A stretch of DNA of 64,000 bases from Brevinematia bacterium (GTDB lineage: Bacteria; Spirochaetota; Brevinematia; Brevinematales; JAOACQ01), in NCBI GenBank assembly GCA_049968515.1, contig JBMFQR010000005.1, forward strand, positions 11,809-75,808, read 5' to 3'. Both the position numbers and the translations under genes were made by a program. Positions 28,201-37,591 of this stretch are shown piece after piece. The notes beneath the pieces were generated by a model, which did no database searches, had not been told where the DNA came from, and saw nothing but the letters and a program-made list of their open reading frames with translations. The number at the start of each line of letters is the position of its first letter. The first letter of the stretch is position 1.

Positions 28201-29256
28201 TCTAAAAACAGTCATTTAAGCCTTAATTACAACAAAAGCGGAACATCCCTTCAGGGAAAGATTTTACCTACAGAAATTGAATTAACCGGTTCAAAAGATT
28301 CTCTGGGTTTAAGGGGAGATATTACAATTGAAAATTTCTCCGCTAACTTACCGCTCAATTCATTCAGCCTTAGTGAAATAAAATGGAATGAACTCAACTT
28401 ATTTGAAAGCTTAAAACTTGATGTGAATATAAATATTGGCAACAATAATAAACTCTCTACCCCACTAAACCAATTTATTTTTAGAAAAAATTCGAGAGTA
28501 AAAATATATGGCAGACCTTCTCTTGAAGAAATGAAGATCAGAGGAGATATTATTATAGATAGAGGAGATTTTACCTATTTTTCAAAGACTTTCTCAATTA
28601 AAGAAGGAAATATTAGCTTTCAGGGAGATGACATTATTCCATATGTAAAGATGTTATTATGGTATAGATACAAAGACGTCAATAAAGAAAATGTTGATAT
28701 TTACTTGACCTTTGAGGGAAAAGCTTCTAAAATTATACTGAAGGAATTTTACTCAATTCCGGAAAAGCCAAAAGATGAGCTTTCAATGATTCTGGGTATA
28801 AGCAAAGGCGATGAGGAAAGTTTGTCGAGCAGAACTCCATCAGTAGAATATATAAAAAGTGGTGTGGGTTTTGCCGAGAATGTTTTTTTCTTTACTCCTT
28901 TGTCTTTAGAGGTAAAACGAAGACTTGGACTTGACCTTTTTAGCTTCAGGTCAACAATTCTCCAGAATTATGTGGAAGCAGGACTTGAAAGGCAAACAAA
29001 TGTTGATTTCAGAAATTATCTTTCCGGAAGTGGAATAGTAATGGGCAAGTATATACTGCCAAATTTATTTTTTGAATATGAGCTATTTCTGGAAAAGGAT
29101 TCTGTTACAAGTTATGGACTTATACCTGTACATACGGTAGGACTTGAGCTTGATTTATCTTATTTTAATCTGGGCTGGAAGTATCAACCATACAATGTGG
29201 GAAAAGAAACCACATATGAACAGATGTTTGAGTTTAAATTCATTAGAAAATTTTAG
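25207..29256 (+). CDS. tamB: TamB-like translocation and assembly module protein (DUF490 C-terminus)
   Basis: 1349 aa, N-terminal TM anchor, long beta-rich body. The C-terminal block GDIIIDRGDFTYFSKTFSIKEGNISFQG is DUF490-like. Directly upstream of bamA. Confidence 0.75.
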   Translation: MKWLRNILFIFFTFVVFLYFLIFIGSIIFVSNYKKEIENQIAKALLFEDAEIKGFIHIPFVLIRFKEINLFNVDGTYIKFKNMDLYYDIFKFSKENPVEICNKINIENASLYFPYNIAKDYIFELLKKYSNVYLTPRQKHKVNIKEAFLNLDFFSGINTATSLKNAEIFISYNLLQLNGLFNMKIDQLNKINLLDTELNYELNFGIKDGKNFISFSSKFDVSNFIIGGLPLLENENFGFSTTNFMNIKENIAKNLFELKFTNDNVTIFNLKKDFLISYSKKPRTYLLEYLMPEGKYFTELNGNFNDRDFLLDLSISNYNTLDKLNLSFFSKNNKKAGKIKLSSRIFKNLNADINLNKTINGELYFNFDLYNQPLIGILKFEYKDKLLRLKSNKLLLGDINFGGFDTYITFSSNILSMESTETLWGIAAKGKIDGNKAKLTLKFNNSLISSINSFMNASFNIMAKTKPLTIDELKGDINIRNFKTSARILSGDFQYSNKILNLKQLSLFNLINLSLTDRIERVFRGYLNNINGEIVIKKSTRLPLTGNMLLNQDLSVNNFFFTIDKEIFATLTNITNSNYFFKITAKNYDTERFGLDGKFNLDFTSTIKAGKLNQLTINSGYLYNNHPLKFYLKSIKNELDNNIYDIPLFSLETEDDKLFGKGYATTGKNKRLFVYFIRGGKIDINLKDDLLSGEININKFILRNPFDKKEESTPLFFNLNATFKQKNDFDILNNLDAYGNLSIYDIKNQDSFSLQIPAFSFQKGELRLSYSKFKYSGADTSFSIYGKNNIYNLNGNFIFDKLSFNYYAKIFKNGENWTANYKIVNFNIANISQNFYGKVVKDKQYLILYSEGSSGITGYVGLKKNIDWKIDFIGNNMEIYSAGSFISNEISMDLDYNIPLSLLEGKFYIKKAKGNFKGKLKLENSEINGYISFVDCNAGVDYSKTYLSNFNAIMPVSNSSVLLENLIIPTTTGNFSVSGFINIKEISTPYITIKLLPVSKNSHLSLNYNKSGTSLQGKILPTEIELTGSKDSLGLRGDITIENFSANLPLNSFSLSEIKWNELNLFESLKLDVNINIGNNNKLSTPLNQFIFRKNSRVKIYGRPSLEEMKIRGDIIIDRGDFTYFSKTFSIKEGNISFQGDDIIPYVKMLLWYRYKDVNKENVDIYLTFEGKASKIILKEFYSIPEKPKDELSMILGISKGDEESLSSRTPSVEYIKSGVGFAENVFFFTPLSLEVKRRLGLDLFSFRSTILQNYVEAGLERQTNVDFRNYLSGSGIVMGKYILPNLFFEYELFLEKDSVTSYGLIPVHTVGLELDLSYFNLGWKYQPYNVGKETTYEQMFEFKFIRKF

Positions 29257-29271
29257 TATACAGGAGTTGCT

Positions 29272-31707
29272 ATGCTAAGGAAAAGCACTATAATTATCTT
29301 TCTTTTGTTTCTATCAGTTCTGTTATTCTCTCAGGAATCCGGTCAAAAAATAAAAATCTATAAAATTCAATTCGACGGGCTTGTAAATGCACAGAAAGAG
29401 GAATTGAAATCTACAATAAACATTAAAGAAGGACAGACAACAGACTATAAATCCTTAAATAAGGCACTAAAAAAACTATACAGCCTTGATATGTTCAAAA
29501 AGGTAGAGCTTTTTATTTCCAACACATCAGAGGGAGATATTGTAACATTTGTGGTTGAAGAAAACCCCTACCTCAAAAGCATAAAATTTGAGGGGAACAA
29601 ATCGGTTGCAAGGGATGATTTGCTAAAAGAAATAAAACTCACAGAGGAATCCTTCATTACAGAGCAAAAAATTAAAGCCTCCATAGCAGCAATACAGAAA
29701 AAATACATAAATGAGGGCTTTATTGATGCCATAGTCAGCTACAGACTTACCGTTCACGATATAAAGAAAAACTCCTTTAAAATCGTATTCACGATAAATG
29801 AATCAAAAAAAGTGGTGGTGGAAAAAATAAATATAAAAGGAAACAAGCAGATTAAGAAAGGGGAGATTATCTCTGCAATGAAAACAAAGGAAAAATTTTT
29901 AGTCTTTGTATCAGGTGTGCTTAAAGAAGATGAGTTTGAGGAAGATAAGCAGAGAGTCATAGAGTTATATAATCATAAAGGTTTTATAGATGCAGAAATC
30001 AAAAAGTTTGAATGGAAGATAGAAGAACTTGGAAAAGACAAAAACATTCATAAGGCTATAGTGGTTTACATTGAGATTGAAGAGGGAGAAAAATATAAAA
30101 CTGGAAATATAACAATAAGTGGTAATACACTTTTTACGACGAAGGAACTTTCAAATTTCATTACATTAAAAAAGGGGGAGGTATTTGATAAAGTTAAAAT
30201 TGATAAAACAAGATTTGATATTTACAACAAATACAGTGACAATGGACATCTTTACGCTAATATTTCTACAGTATTCAATAGAGATATAACAAACAGAATA
30301 GTAGATGTAGAACTTGTTATAACAGAAGGTCCAAGAGTTCATATAGAAAGCTATACAATTTCTGGAAATACAAGAACAAAAAGAAAGGTTATAGAGAGAG
30401 AGGTAGTATTTAAAGAAGGTGAAATGTATATCCAGAATAAGGTAAGAAGATCATACGAAAGACTTGCACAGCTTCAATACTTTTCTGCAATAAATTTCAC
30501 TCCACTTCCCGGAAGTGCTGAAGGACTAATATCTCTCGACATAAACGTTGAAGAACAAAGGACCGGCCTTATTTCCTTTGGCGCTGGTTATGGTACAGAA
30601 AGTGGGTTTCTCGTAAATGCAGGTATTTCTGAAAATAACCTCTTTGGTACTGGAAGAAAGGTGGCATTCAAAGCTGGATGGGCTGAAAAGTCGCAGGGAG
30701 TATCTCTAAGCTATACCGAACCATATATATTTGACGATCCAACTACTTTTGATATTTCCCTCTCATACTCGAGAAACATATATGACATTGCAGTTGATGA
30801 AAACGATGATGGAATACTTGATAAAACCTCCATTAACTATAGAGAAAATCCCTCCTCTACCATCGACAAAATTCCCCCCGATTATAATTACAAGAGACAC
30901 TCAATTTCTCTCGAACCAAACATAAGCAGAAGATTTTTTGAATACTGGTCAGCCTCTCTCGGATTTAGAACAGAATCTTATATAGAAACAGAGGCAAACT
31001 TCACCAGACCTTATATCTTTAGTTCGTCATCAAATGCATGGTTTTTTTATTCTGATCTTACAAATAGGCTTGAAAGAGGCTGGAGAATTAAAAACAGAAT
31101 AAACACAGGTGTATCATTTAATTCAACTGATCACCCGATGTCGCCAACATATGGTCAGTTGTTCTCCTTGAGTTATAGCTACATTGGAGGCATAGTCGGT
31201 GGAGAATTTGAGGCGAATAAGCTGACCTTTTCTTTCACACATTATCAGAAATTATTCTGGAAGCTTGTACTTGCCCTGCACACATCGCAGGGCTTCATAT
31301 TCAACCAATTTGACGGAAGCTTTAATGTAGACTACGTCGACCAGTATACATTTGATGGAGTTTATAACTTAAGGGGTTGGTATAATTATCCATCTGGCTA
31401 CGGAAATAGCAAATGTTATGTAAGTTCAGAGCTAAGATTTCCTATATATGATCCTATATGGGGTATAATCTACTATGATATGGGAAAACTCTGGGATGAT
31501 TATAAAAAATGGGAACCCTTTAACATGGAAAATTACAAATTCAGTTTTGGAATAGGAGTACAGATTAATATACCAATGCTACCCATAAGATTTTATCTTG
31601 CAAGAAGAGGTTTCTTTGATAGTAGAGAAGAAAGGATGAGACTTACAAAAAGTGATGGTTTATTTGATGAAATTATTCCTGTAATAAGTATACAGGGTTT
31701 ATTTTAA
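29272..31707 (+). CDS. bamA: Outer membrane protein assembly factor BamA
   Basis: 811 aa, signal peptide, POTRA-like repeats, C-terminal Omp85 barrel ending in aromatic residue F. Confidence 0.85.
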   Translation: MLRKSTIIIFLLFLSVLLFSQESGQKIKIYKIQFDGLVNAQKEELKSTINIKEGQTTDYKSLNKALKKLYSLDMFKKVELFISNTSEGDIVTFVVEENPYLKSIKFEGNKSVARDDLLKEIKLTEESFITEQKIKASIAAIQKKYINEGFIDAIVSYRLTVHDIKKNSFKIVFTINESKKVVVEKINIKGNKQIKKGEIISAMKTKEKFLVFVSGVLKEDEFEEDKQRVIELYNHKGFIDAEIKKFEWKIEELGKDKNIHKAIVVYIEIEEGEKYKTGNITISGNTLFTTKELSNFITLKKGEVFDKVKIDKTRFDIYNKYSDNGHLYANISTVFNRDITNRIVDVELVITEGPRVHIESYTISGNTRTKRKVIEREVVFKEGEMYIQNKVRRSYERLAQLQYFSAINFTPLPGSAEGLISLDINVEEQRTGLISFGAGYGTESGFLVNAGISENNLFGTGRKVAFKAGWAEKSQGVSLSYTEPYIFDDPTTFDISLSYSRNIYDIAVDENDDGILDKTSINYRENPSSTIDKIPPDYNYKRHSISLEPNISRRFFEYWSASLGFRTESYIETEANFTRPYIFSSSSNAWFFYSDLTNRLERGWRIKNRINTGVSFNSTDHPMSPTYGQLFSLSYSYIGGIVGGEFEANKLTFSFTHYQKLFWKLVLALHTSQGFIFNQFDGSFNVDYVDQYTFDGVYNLRGWYNYPSGYGNSKCYVSSELRFPIYDPIWGIIYYDMGKLWDDYKKWEPFNMENYKFSFGIGVQINIPMLPIRFYLARRGFFDSREERMRLTKSDGLFDEIIPVISIQGLF

Positions 31708-31729
31708 ATATTTTTTAAGGAGAAAAAAA

Positions 31730-32257
31730 ATGAAAAAGATTTCACTCTATATTTTTTCCCTTTTTTTAATAAGTTCTTTTTCCTTTCCAGCAATTAAGCT
31801 TGTTAAGGTTGGAGTGGTCGATCTGGAAAAGGTATTTGCTTCATATCCCGGGATTTCAGATATACAGAAAAGATTGAAGGATGAAAGAGAAAATTATGAC
31901 AGAGAAATTAACAAAAAAAATGAGGAGATTAAGATTCTTGAGGCATCTCTTACAAATGAACTTCTATCTGATAATGAAAAACAGGTAAAAATTGCAGAGA
32001 TTGAATATAAAAAACAGAAGCTAAATGATTTTATTGACGAAGCAAATGCAAAGCTTAATTCATTAAAAAATGAACTGACAAAATCAATTTACTCAAAAAT
32101 ATGGACTGTGATTCAAAGGGTCGGGGTAGAAAAAGGTTACAGTCTTATACTGAAAAAATCAGGGGAGTCTATCCTTTATATAGACAAGGAGATAGATATA
32201 ACCTCTGATGTTATAACAAAACTCAAAAAAGAGCTTGAAGTAGAAAAAAGAAATTAA
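31730..32257 (+). CDS. skp: OmpH/Skp-family periplasmic chaperone
   Basis: 175 aa, signal peptide, coiled-coil Lys/Glu-rich core, position after bamA. Confidence 0.75.
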   Translation: MKKISLYIFSLFLISSFSFPAIKLVKVGVVDLEKVFASYPGISDIQKRLKDERENYDREINKKNEEIKILEASLTNELLSDNEKQVKIAEIEYKKQKLNDFIDEANAKLNSLKNELTKSIYSKIWTVIQRVGVEKGYSLILKKSGESILYIDKEIDITSDVITKLKKELEVEKRN

Positions 32258-32260
32258 GCA

Positions 32261-32908
32261 ATGAAAAGAAAGTTGCCATATGGAATTTATGCCATAACAT
32301 GTGAAAGCCGATCGCTCGGAAGAAAAAATATTGAAGTTGTCAGAGAAATGATCAAAGGTGGCATAGAAATCCTTCAGTACAGGGAAAAGAACAATAAGAC
32401 AATGAAGGAAAAATATTTTGAATGCCTTGAAATCTCAAAGATTGCTAAGGAAAATGGTATCCTTTTTATTGTAAACGATTACATTGACATTGCAATGGCA
32501 GTTGATGCAGATGGTATCCACATCGGTCAGGATGATATACCGGTAGAAGTTGCAAGAAAGCTCTTAGGTCATAATAAAATCATTGGTGTATCAACACATT
32601 GTCCTGAACAGGCTATAAAAGCTGTGGAAGATGGAGCTGATTACATTGGTGTTGGACCTATATTTTATACCAACACAAAAGAAAATGTGGTAAGTCCAGT
32701 TGGTATAGAATATCTGGACTTCGTGGCAAAAAATTTCTCCATCCCCTTTGTTGCCATTGGAGGAATAAAAGAAACTAATATTGAAGAAGTACTAAGACAT
32801 GGAGCAAAAACAGTGGCTATGGTTACAGAAATCACCGAAGCAATCAACATTGTAGAAAAAATCCAAAGCTTGAGAAAAAAGTTAAGAGATTTTAAAATAA
32901 TACAATAA
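32261..32908 (+). CDS. thiE: Thiamine-phosphate synthase
   Basis: LQYREK, DGIHIGQDD, IGVSTH, ADYIGVGPIF and FVAIGGI motifs. Confidence 0.85.
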   Translation: MKRKLPYGIYAITCESRSLGRKNIEVVREMIKGGIEILQYREKNNKTMKEKYFECLEISKIAKENGILFIVNDYIDIAMAVDADGIHIGQDDIPVEVARKLLGHNKIIGVSTHCPEQAIKAVEDGADYIGVGPIFYTNTKENVVSPVGIEYLDFVAKNFSIPFVAIGGIKETNIEEVLRHGAKTVAMVTEITEAINIVEKIQSLRKKLRDFKIIQ

Positions 32909-32931
32909 AAGAACTAAAAGCTGGAGAATTT

Positions 32932-34845
32932 ATGGAAAATAAAGAAAAATCGATGCCTCTTAATGCTTTTCTAAAAAGCATTTCTGAACATGCGGAGGTA
33001 AGTCTTTCTACATTTATTACTTCCTTGATACTATTGTTCTTAGCTATTCTTACATTTGTTAAGAACTATAAATATAATGATAATCATCTTAACTGGCTTA
33101 ATCATGATTACTCCAAAAACCTTCTGATGTGCAGCGAGCAGGACTCTGTTTTTATGACAGAGGGGGGTGACAATCAGGTATTTGGTTCACTTTATTTCAC
33201 ATATGCAGAGAAAATAAGACCAGATATTTCTCCTTATGACCAGAAAGGGAATATTTTTAAGAGAATCTATGGGGATATGAGATATATAGACCCCCAGACA
33301 CTTCAAAGAAGAATGCAGGTAGTTGATACACATCTGTTTGCTGGAGAAGAACCCTTCTATGAAGATATAAGGGACAGGAAAGACCCTTACTTTATACCAT
33401 ACTGGCAGGGCAGAAGGCCAGTATATCTTACATGGGAGAGACCTGAACCCTGGAAACTTGATGGGACATACTTTCAGGACAATAAGAGAGCTTTGCCTCT
33501 GGAATACCAGAAACAACTCGGTCTTGGAGAATATTATTATAAACGCTACGGAATTATGTATAAGGTTCAGAATATAAAATATAAGCTTGTGGACTATCTT
33601 GAATTAAAAAAGAAAGTGTCTCTTGAAGATGTCCGGAAGCTTTTTTCTGATTGGCTTCACAGGGAAATTAACCCAGGCTTCGCAATGGAGAAGCTCAATT
33701 CCTTACAGAATGAGGGTCTGTTAAAGGTAGAAAATGGATATGTAAAGTTTGTAAAAATGTATCCAGAACCAAATAAAGATGGATATTTTGAAAACTTACT
33801 TCTTAGATGGAAAGACATTCCAAATGCAAAATATTTTGACGTTCTTTCAAGAGAGATAATTATAAATTATGGCTATCAGTTTGGTGAGATCTATCGAGAA
33901 AAAGTAAATGAATTAACTGAATTGAAAAAGAACGAAAAAGATCCTGCAGTACTTAAAGAAATTGACAATAGAATAAAAGAAAACTGGCAAAAAGCAAAAG
34001 AGTATTACGAAATTGCTATCTATTATGGCTGGGATTCATTATCAGTATTACACAATGTGAGTGTAGTTTTTCTCAGAAATGAAATAGAAGATCTATCCAG
34101 CAGGGCAAGGGAATTATTGAAGAAAGCGCTTGAATTTTATCCAAACTCTTATGGAACATACTCTGTGTATTTTGGATACTTAATACAGGATTCTTTTAAA
34201 AATCCCGCCAATGAAGAAAAAAATCTAAAAGAATTTGAGATTTATCTCAATCAACTCAAAAAGGTTCTGCAAAGGTACAGGTCATCGGGTGGTGTATACA
34301 GCAAACATCCAGTATGGAAGAATTTTGAGGGACTTGAAAGAATATATCAAAACGTTAAAGAATTTCCCACACAAAGATTACTGGCGGCAACGGCACAACT
34401 CGAAAATATGCTTGAAAAAAATCCAGTAATGGACAACAATAACACAATGATGGCACAGACTGTCATAACATTGCTCTATATTAGAGGTATTAATTTTGGT
34501 TATGATGAGTATGTAAAAAAAGCAGATAAACTTACAGATAGAATAATTAAATTAAAATTAAACGATCAGGCTTTCTTAGAATGGGCTTTTGGTCTGTATC
34601 TACAAACCCAGAAATTTGAAAAAGCCTATGAGGTTGGTAAAATTATCATTGAAAGAAAATCAGGCTTTTCAAATATAGGAAACTACTATAATTTTGGAAT
34701 ACTCGGTTTTAATCTTGGAAAAACTAATGAAGCAAAAGCTGCTTTAAAAAAATTTATTGAGCTTTCAGAACAGGACAGAAAAAACCTTATTCAGTACAGA
34801 CAGTTGATTGACAATGCAAATAAGATACTATCAATGCTAAAATAA
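32932..34845 (+). CDS. Single-pass membrane protein resembling the periplasmic part of DUF2723/TMEM260-type proteins, TPR-like C-terminus
   Basis: One TM helix. DSVFMTEGGDNQVFGSLYFTYAEKIRPDI resembles the post-membrane segment of DUF2723 proteins (from memory). Helical repeat-like C-terminus. Confidence 0.45.
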   Translation: MENKEKSMPLNAFLKSISEHAEVSLSTFITSLILLFLAILTFVKNYKYNDNHLNWLNHDYSKNLLMCSEQDSVFMTEGGDNQVFGSLYFTYAEKIRPDISPYDQKGNIFKRIYGDMRYIDPQTLQRRMQVVDTHLFAGEEPFYEDIRDRKDPYFIPYWQGRRPVYLTWERPEPWKLDGTYFQDNKRALPLEYQKQLGLGEYYYKRYGIMYKVQNIKYKLVDYLELKKKVSLEDVRKLFSDWLHREINPGFAMEKLNSLQNEGLLKVENGYVKFVKMYPEPNKDGYFENLLLRWKDIPNAKYFDVLSREIIINYGYQFGEIYREKVNELTELKKNEKDPAVLKEIDNRIKENWQKAKEYYEIAIYYGWDSLSVLHNVSVVFLRNEIEDLSSRARELLKKALEFYPNSYGTYSVYFGYLIQDSFKNPANEEKNLKEFEIYLNQLKKVLQRYRSSGGVYSKHPVWKNFEGLERIYQNVKEFPTQRLLAATAQLENMLEKNPVMDNNNTMMAQTVITLLYIRGINFGYDEYVKKADKLTDRIIKLKLNDQAFLEWAFGLYLQTQKFEKAYEVGKIIIERKSGFSNIGNYYNFGILGFNLGKTNEAKAALKKFIELSEQDRKNLIQYRQLIDNANKILSMLK

Positions 34846-34900
34846 CGCCATATCAATGTATTAAGATATTCAGATTCTACACAGGGGTTCATTTTATTCA

Positions 34901-34939
34901 CGCACAAATTTGCACTTTTTTATGTGCGAATTTGTGCAG
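34901..34939 (+). other. 14-bp stem-loop after the 32932..34845 stop (possible terminator or operator)
   Basis: GCACAAAUUUGCAC-UUUUUUAU-GUGCGAAUUUGUGC. No immediate U tract. Followed by the GTGCAGACTGCAC palindrome. Confidence 0.35.
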
Positions 34940-35250
34940 ACTGCACATCTTATCAATTTTATTAAAATTCTTATCTCTTTTTTAGAAAACAAATTACAAA
35001 AAATAAAATCATTTCTGGCATAAAAATTGCTTCTATATAGCAGTAGCTTTAGCAAAACATAAAAATTTTTTTTATTTTTTCTTTTTTTAGTGCTATATAG
35101 CGTATGAAATATATAAATATAAAGGAGATGGTATGATAATAGCGGATATCCAATAAAAAGCTCCCGCTTGCCGATAAATGGTAGCGGGAGCTTGATAGGA
35201 CAAAGACCGAATCATATTTATGGGGATAAAGCCCCGTTAAGGAGGATAAT

Positions 35251-37473
35251 ATGAGGAGTATTTTAAGTTTTTCAGGCTGTTTGATTATGACAGCCTTACT
35301 TTTTGCCTGTAGCTTTTCTCCAAATTCAGACAATTCAGTTTCATTAAGCAAAGAACATGTTGAGGAGGTTTTTGATACTAATGGATGGTATCTTGCCTGG
35401 AGTGAAGAATTTAATGGAACGAGCGTTGATACTTCAAGGTGGTCATTCGATATAGGCAATGGTGTTGGTGGCTGGGGAAATCAGGAGCTTCAGTATTACA
35501 GACAGGAGAATGCAAGGGTAAGTGGTGGCTATCTCTATATTGACATCAAAAAAGAATCCTACAATGGCTTCAGTTTTACTTCCGCAAAACTTAAATCGCA
35601 GGGGAAGATGCAGGTACACTTTGGAAAAATAGCTGCCAGAATTAAGTTGCCCTATGGCAAGGGAATGTGGCCAGCTTTCTGGATGCTCGGCAGAGACTTT
35701 GACGGAAACAACTGGCCCGCTGTAGGAGAAATTGATGTTTTAGAGATGGCTGGTGGTCAGGGAGGTGATATAGGTGATCAGATAGCTTACTGTACAATGC
35801 ACTGGGATCATAATGGTGGTTATGCTTCTTATGGCACAAGATATACAAATTCTGCAAGACTGGCTGACGATTTTCACATTTATGAAGTTGAATGGACACC
35901 GGATGGCCTCAGAGGAAGGATAGATGGAATTCAATACTACTATAATGATTTCTTCTATAATGGCAACGATGGAAAAGCAAATGATGAATTCCAGTTTCCA
36001 TTTTATTTGATTCTAAATTGTGCTGTTGGAGGTACATTTTTCGATCCAGATATTTTAGATCCGGCTCTTGTCACTGCTCCCCTACCGCAAAGCATGATAG
36101 TTGATTGGGTAAGGTATTATACAAATTCTACTTCTGTCCCAAAGACGTGGAAACCAGCAAGCGGCAACGAGCTTATTGTATTTTCAGAAACGAACACAGG
36201 AAATAATGTATTTTCATTTTATGACTCAAAAACTTCAACAACCCTTGACGCCTGGGCAAATACATGTACTGTTGTAGAGGACACAGCAAACAAATCAGAA
36301 GGAACAAAGGGATGGAAAATTACTGTTGGTAGTGTTGGATGGATGGGATTCGGCATTTCCTTTGCTGCTTATGGTGCAAATCTACTCGGTTATACTAACA
36401 GCACTTTAAAATTTGATATTAAAACAACATCTGCCGGGCCATACAAGGTTGGAATTAAAACCGGTGCAATTCTTGAAGCATGGATAACACTTGATTCTTC
36501 TGTTGGATTCGTTGCAGATGGTCAATGGCATACAGTTTCTATACCTATGTCAAAATTCTTTGCAGTTCAACCATATCTCGATTTCCAGTACGTTACATCG
36601 CCATTTATGTTTGCTTCAAGTGGTGATTCACAATCTGGTGCAGTAATATATATAGATAATGTTTATTGGACTACTGGTTCGGAAAGTTCTTCATCTTCGA
36701 CTTCCTCTTCTTCTTCAAGTATTAGCAGCAGTTCTTCTACAAGTAGTAGTTCTTCAATTATCAGTTCATCAAGCAGTTCTGTGAGTTCAAGCTCCATAAG
36801 TTCAAGTTCTTCTTCGAGTGCTTCTTCTATATTTACTCATGGTGGGGAGGTTGTAAGTAGCACTTCAGCTAAGATTTATTTTAAGCCAAATGGCTGGACA
36901 GCAGGATATGTCATTTTGTATTACAATGTAAATGGTGGAGCACAGCAGAATGTCCAAATGACATATAACAGCTCAACAGCACAATGGGAATATACAATAA
37001 TTGAGCTATCAAGTGGTGCAACTATCAATTATGGATTTACCTACCAAAAGGATGGATTACAATATGATACCGGCGGAATTGTATATAGTTATGTATTCAA
37101 TCCAAATTCATCTTCTTCAAGTGTGAGTAGTTCTACTTCTTCATCAAGCTCAAGTTCATCCTCAAACGAAGTAATAAATGTACCAGGAGTAGTTTCTAGC
37201 AATGTGGGTTCTATTGCAAATGGCTCTACAAAAAGCTGGACAGTAAATTGCACAGTAGATGGAAACTATAGGGTGTGGATAACAAGTACTTCTACGTTTA
37301 ACAGCGGATCTATCACTGTAACATTTGATGGAATAAGTGTACCAATTTCTATAGGCGCAGGCCAGACGGTAAATGTAGATTTTGGGTGGAAAACTACTGG
37401 CAACAAAAACCTCTCCATAGAAGCCAATAGTTCTGATGTTGAAATTGGCAAGGTAGAAATGGTAACATACTAA
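35251..37473 (+). CDS. GH16 beta-1,3-glucanase (laminarinase-like) lipoprotein with Ser-rich linkers and three C-terminal carbohydrate-binding-like modules
   Basis: Lipobox LFAC. GH16 catalytic motif EIDVLE (about 35725-35748). WPAFWML and poly-Ser linkers. Modules at ~300-478, ~525-620 and ~645-740 aa. Confidence 0.85.
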   Translation: MRSILSFSGCLIMTALLFACSFSPNSDNSVSLSKEHVEEVFDTNGWYLAWSEEFNGTSVDTSRWSFDIGNGVGGWGNQELQYYRQENARVSGGYLYIDIKKESYNGFSFTSAKLKSQGKMQVHFGKIAARIKLPYGKGMWPAFWMLGRDFDGNNWPAVGEIDVLEMAGGQGGDIGDQIAYCTMHWDHNGGYASYGTRYTNSARLADDFHIYEVEWTPDGLRGRIDGIQYYYNDFFYNGNDGKANDEFQFPFYLILNCAVGGTFFDPDILDPALVTAPLPQSMIVDWVRYYTNSTSVPKTWKPASGNELIVFSETNTGNNVFSFYDSKTSTTLDAWANTCTVVEDTANKSEGTKGWKITVGSVGWMGFGISFAAYGANLLGYTNSTLKFDIKTTSAGPYKVGIKTGAILEAWITLDSSVGFVADGQWHTVSIPMSKFFAVQPYLDFQYVTSPFMFASSGDSQSGAVIYIDNVYWTTGSESSSSSTSSSSSSISSSSSTSSSSSIISSSSSSVSSSSISSSSSSSASSIFTHGGEVVSSTSAKIYFKPNGWTAGYVILYYNVNGGAQQNVQMTYNSSTAQWEYTIIELSSGATINYGFTYQKDGLQYDTGGIVYSYVFNPNSSSSSVSSSTSSSSSSSSSNEVINVPGVVSSNVGSIANGSTKSWTVNCTVDGNYRVWITSTSTFNSGSITVTFDGISVPISIGAGQTVNVDFGWKTTGNKNLSIEANSSDVEIGKVEMVTY

Positions 37474-37474
37474 C

Positions 37475-37518
37475 AAAAAAGCCCTGAACGCCTTTTGCGT
37501 TCGGGGCTTTTATTTTTT
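37475..37518. terminator. Bidirectional rho-independent terminator shared by the GH16 gene and tRNA-Thr
   Basis: 11-bp stem GCCCUGAACGC/GCGUUCGGGGC with 5-nt loop, flanked by A6 and a T-rich run. Confidence 0.8.
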
Positions 37519-37591
37519 AGCCACCGAGCGGGATCGAACCGCTGACCCATTGATTACGAATCAATTGCTCTACCGACTGAGCTACGGTGGC
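37519..37591 (-). tRNA. tRNA-Thr (anticodon CGU)
   Basis: Manual cloverleaf: GCCACCG-TA-GCTC-AGTCGGTA-GAGC-A-ATTGA-TTCGTAA-TCAAT-GGGTC-AGCGG-TTCGATC-CCGCT-CGGTGGC-T. CCA is not encoded. Confidence 0.9.

Noticed and set aside
36686-37165. Short tandem nucleotide repeats (TCT/TCA/AGT runs), here and at 14100-14230 and 18090-18130, as possible repeat arrays
   Set aside because: They are in frame and encode the poly-Ser linkers of exported proteins. There is no spacer/repeat organisation.
34846-37518. GH16 gene as a horizontally acquired islet at the 3' end of tRNA-Thr, given its visibly higher GC
   Set aside because: Hand counts give about 50% GC for GH16 catalytic-domain lines but also about 48% for leuC. 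Conserved enzyme genes here are generally GC-richer than membrane or hypothetical genes. There is no integrase and no direct repeat of the tRNA 3' end. Not supported.
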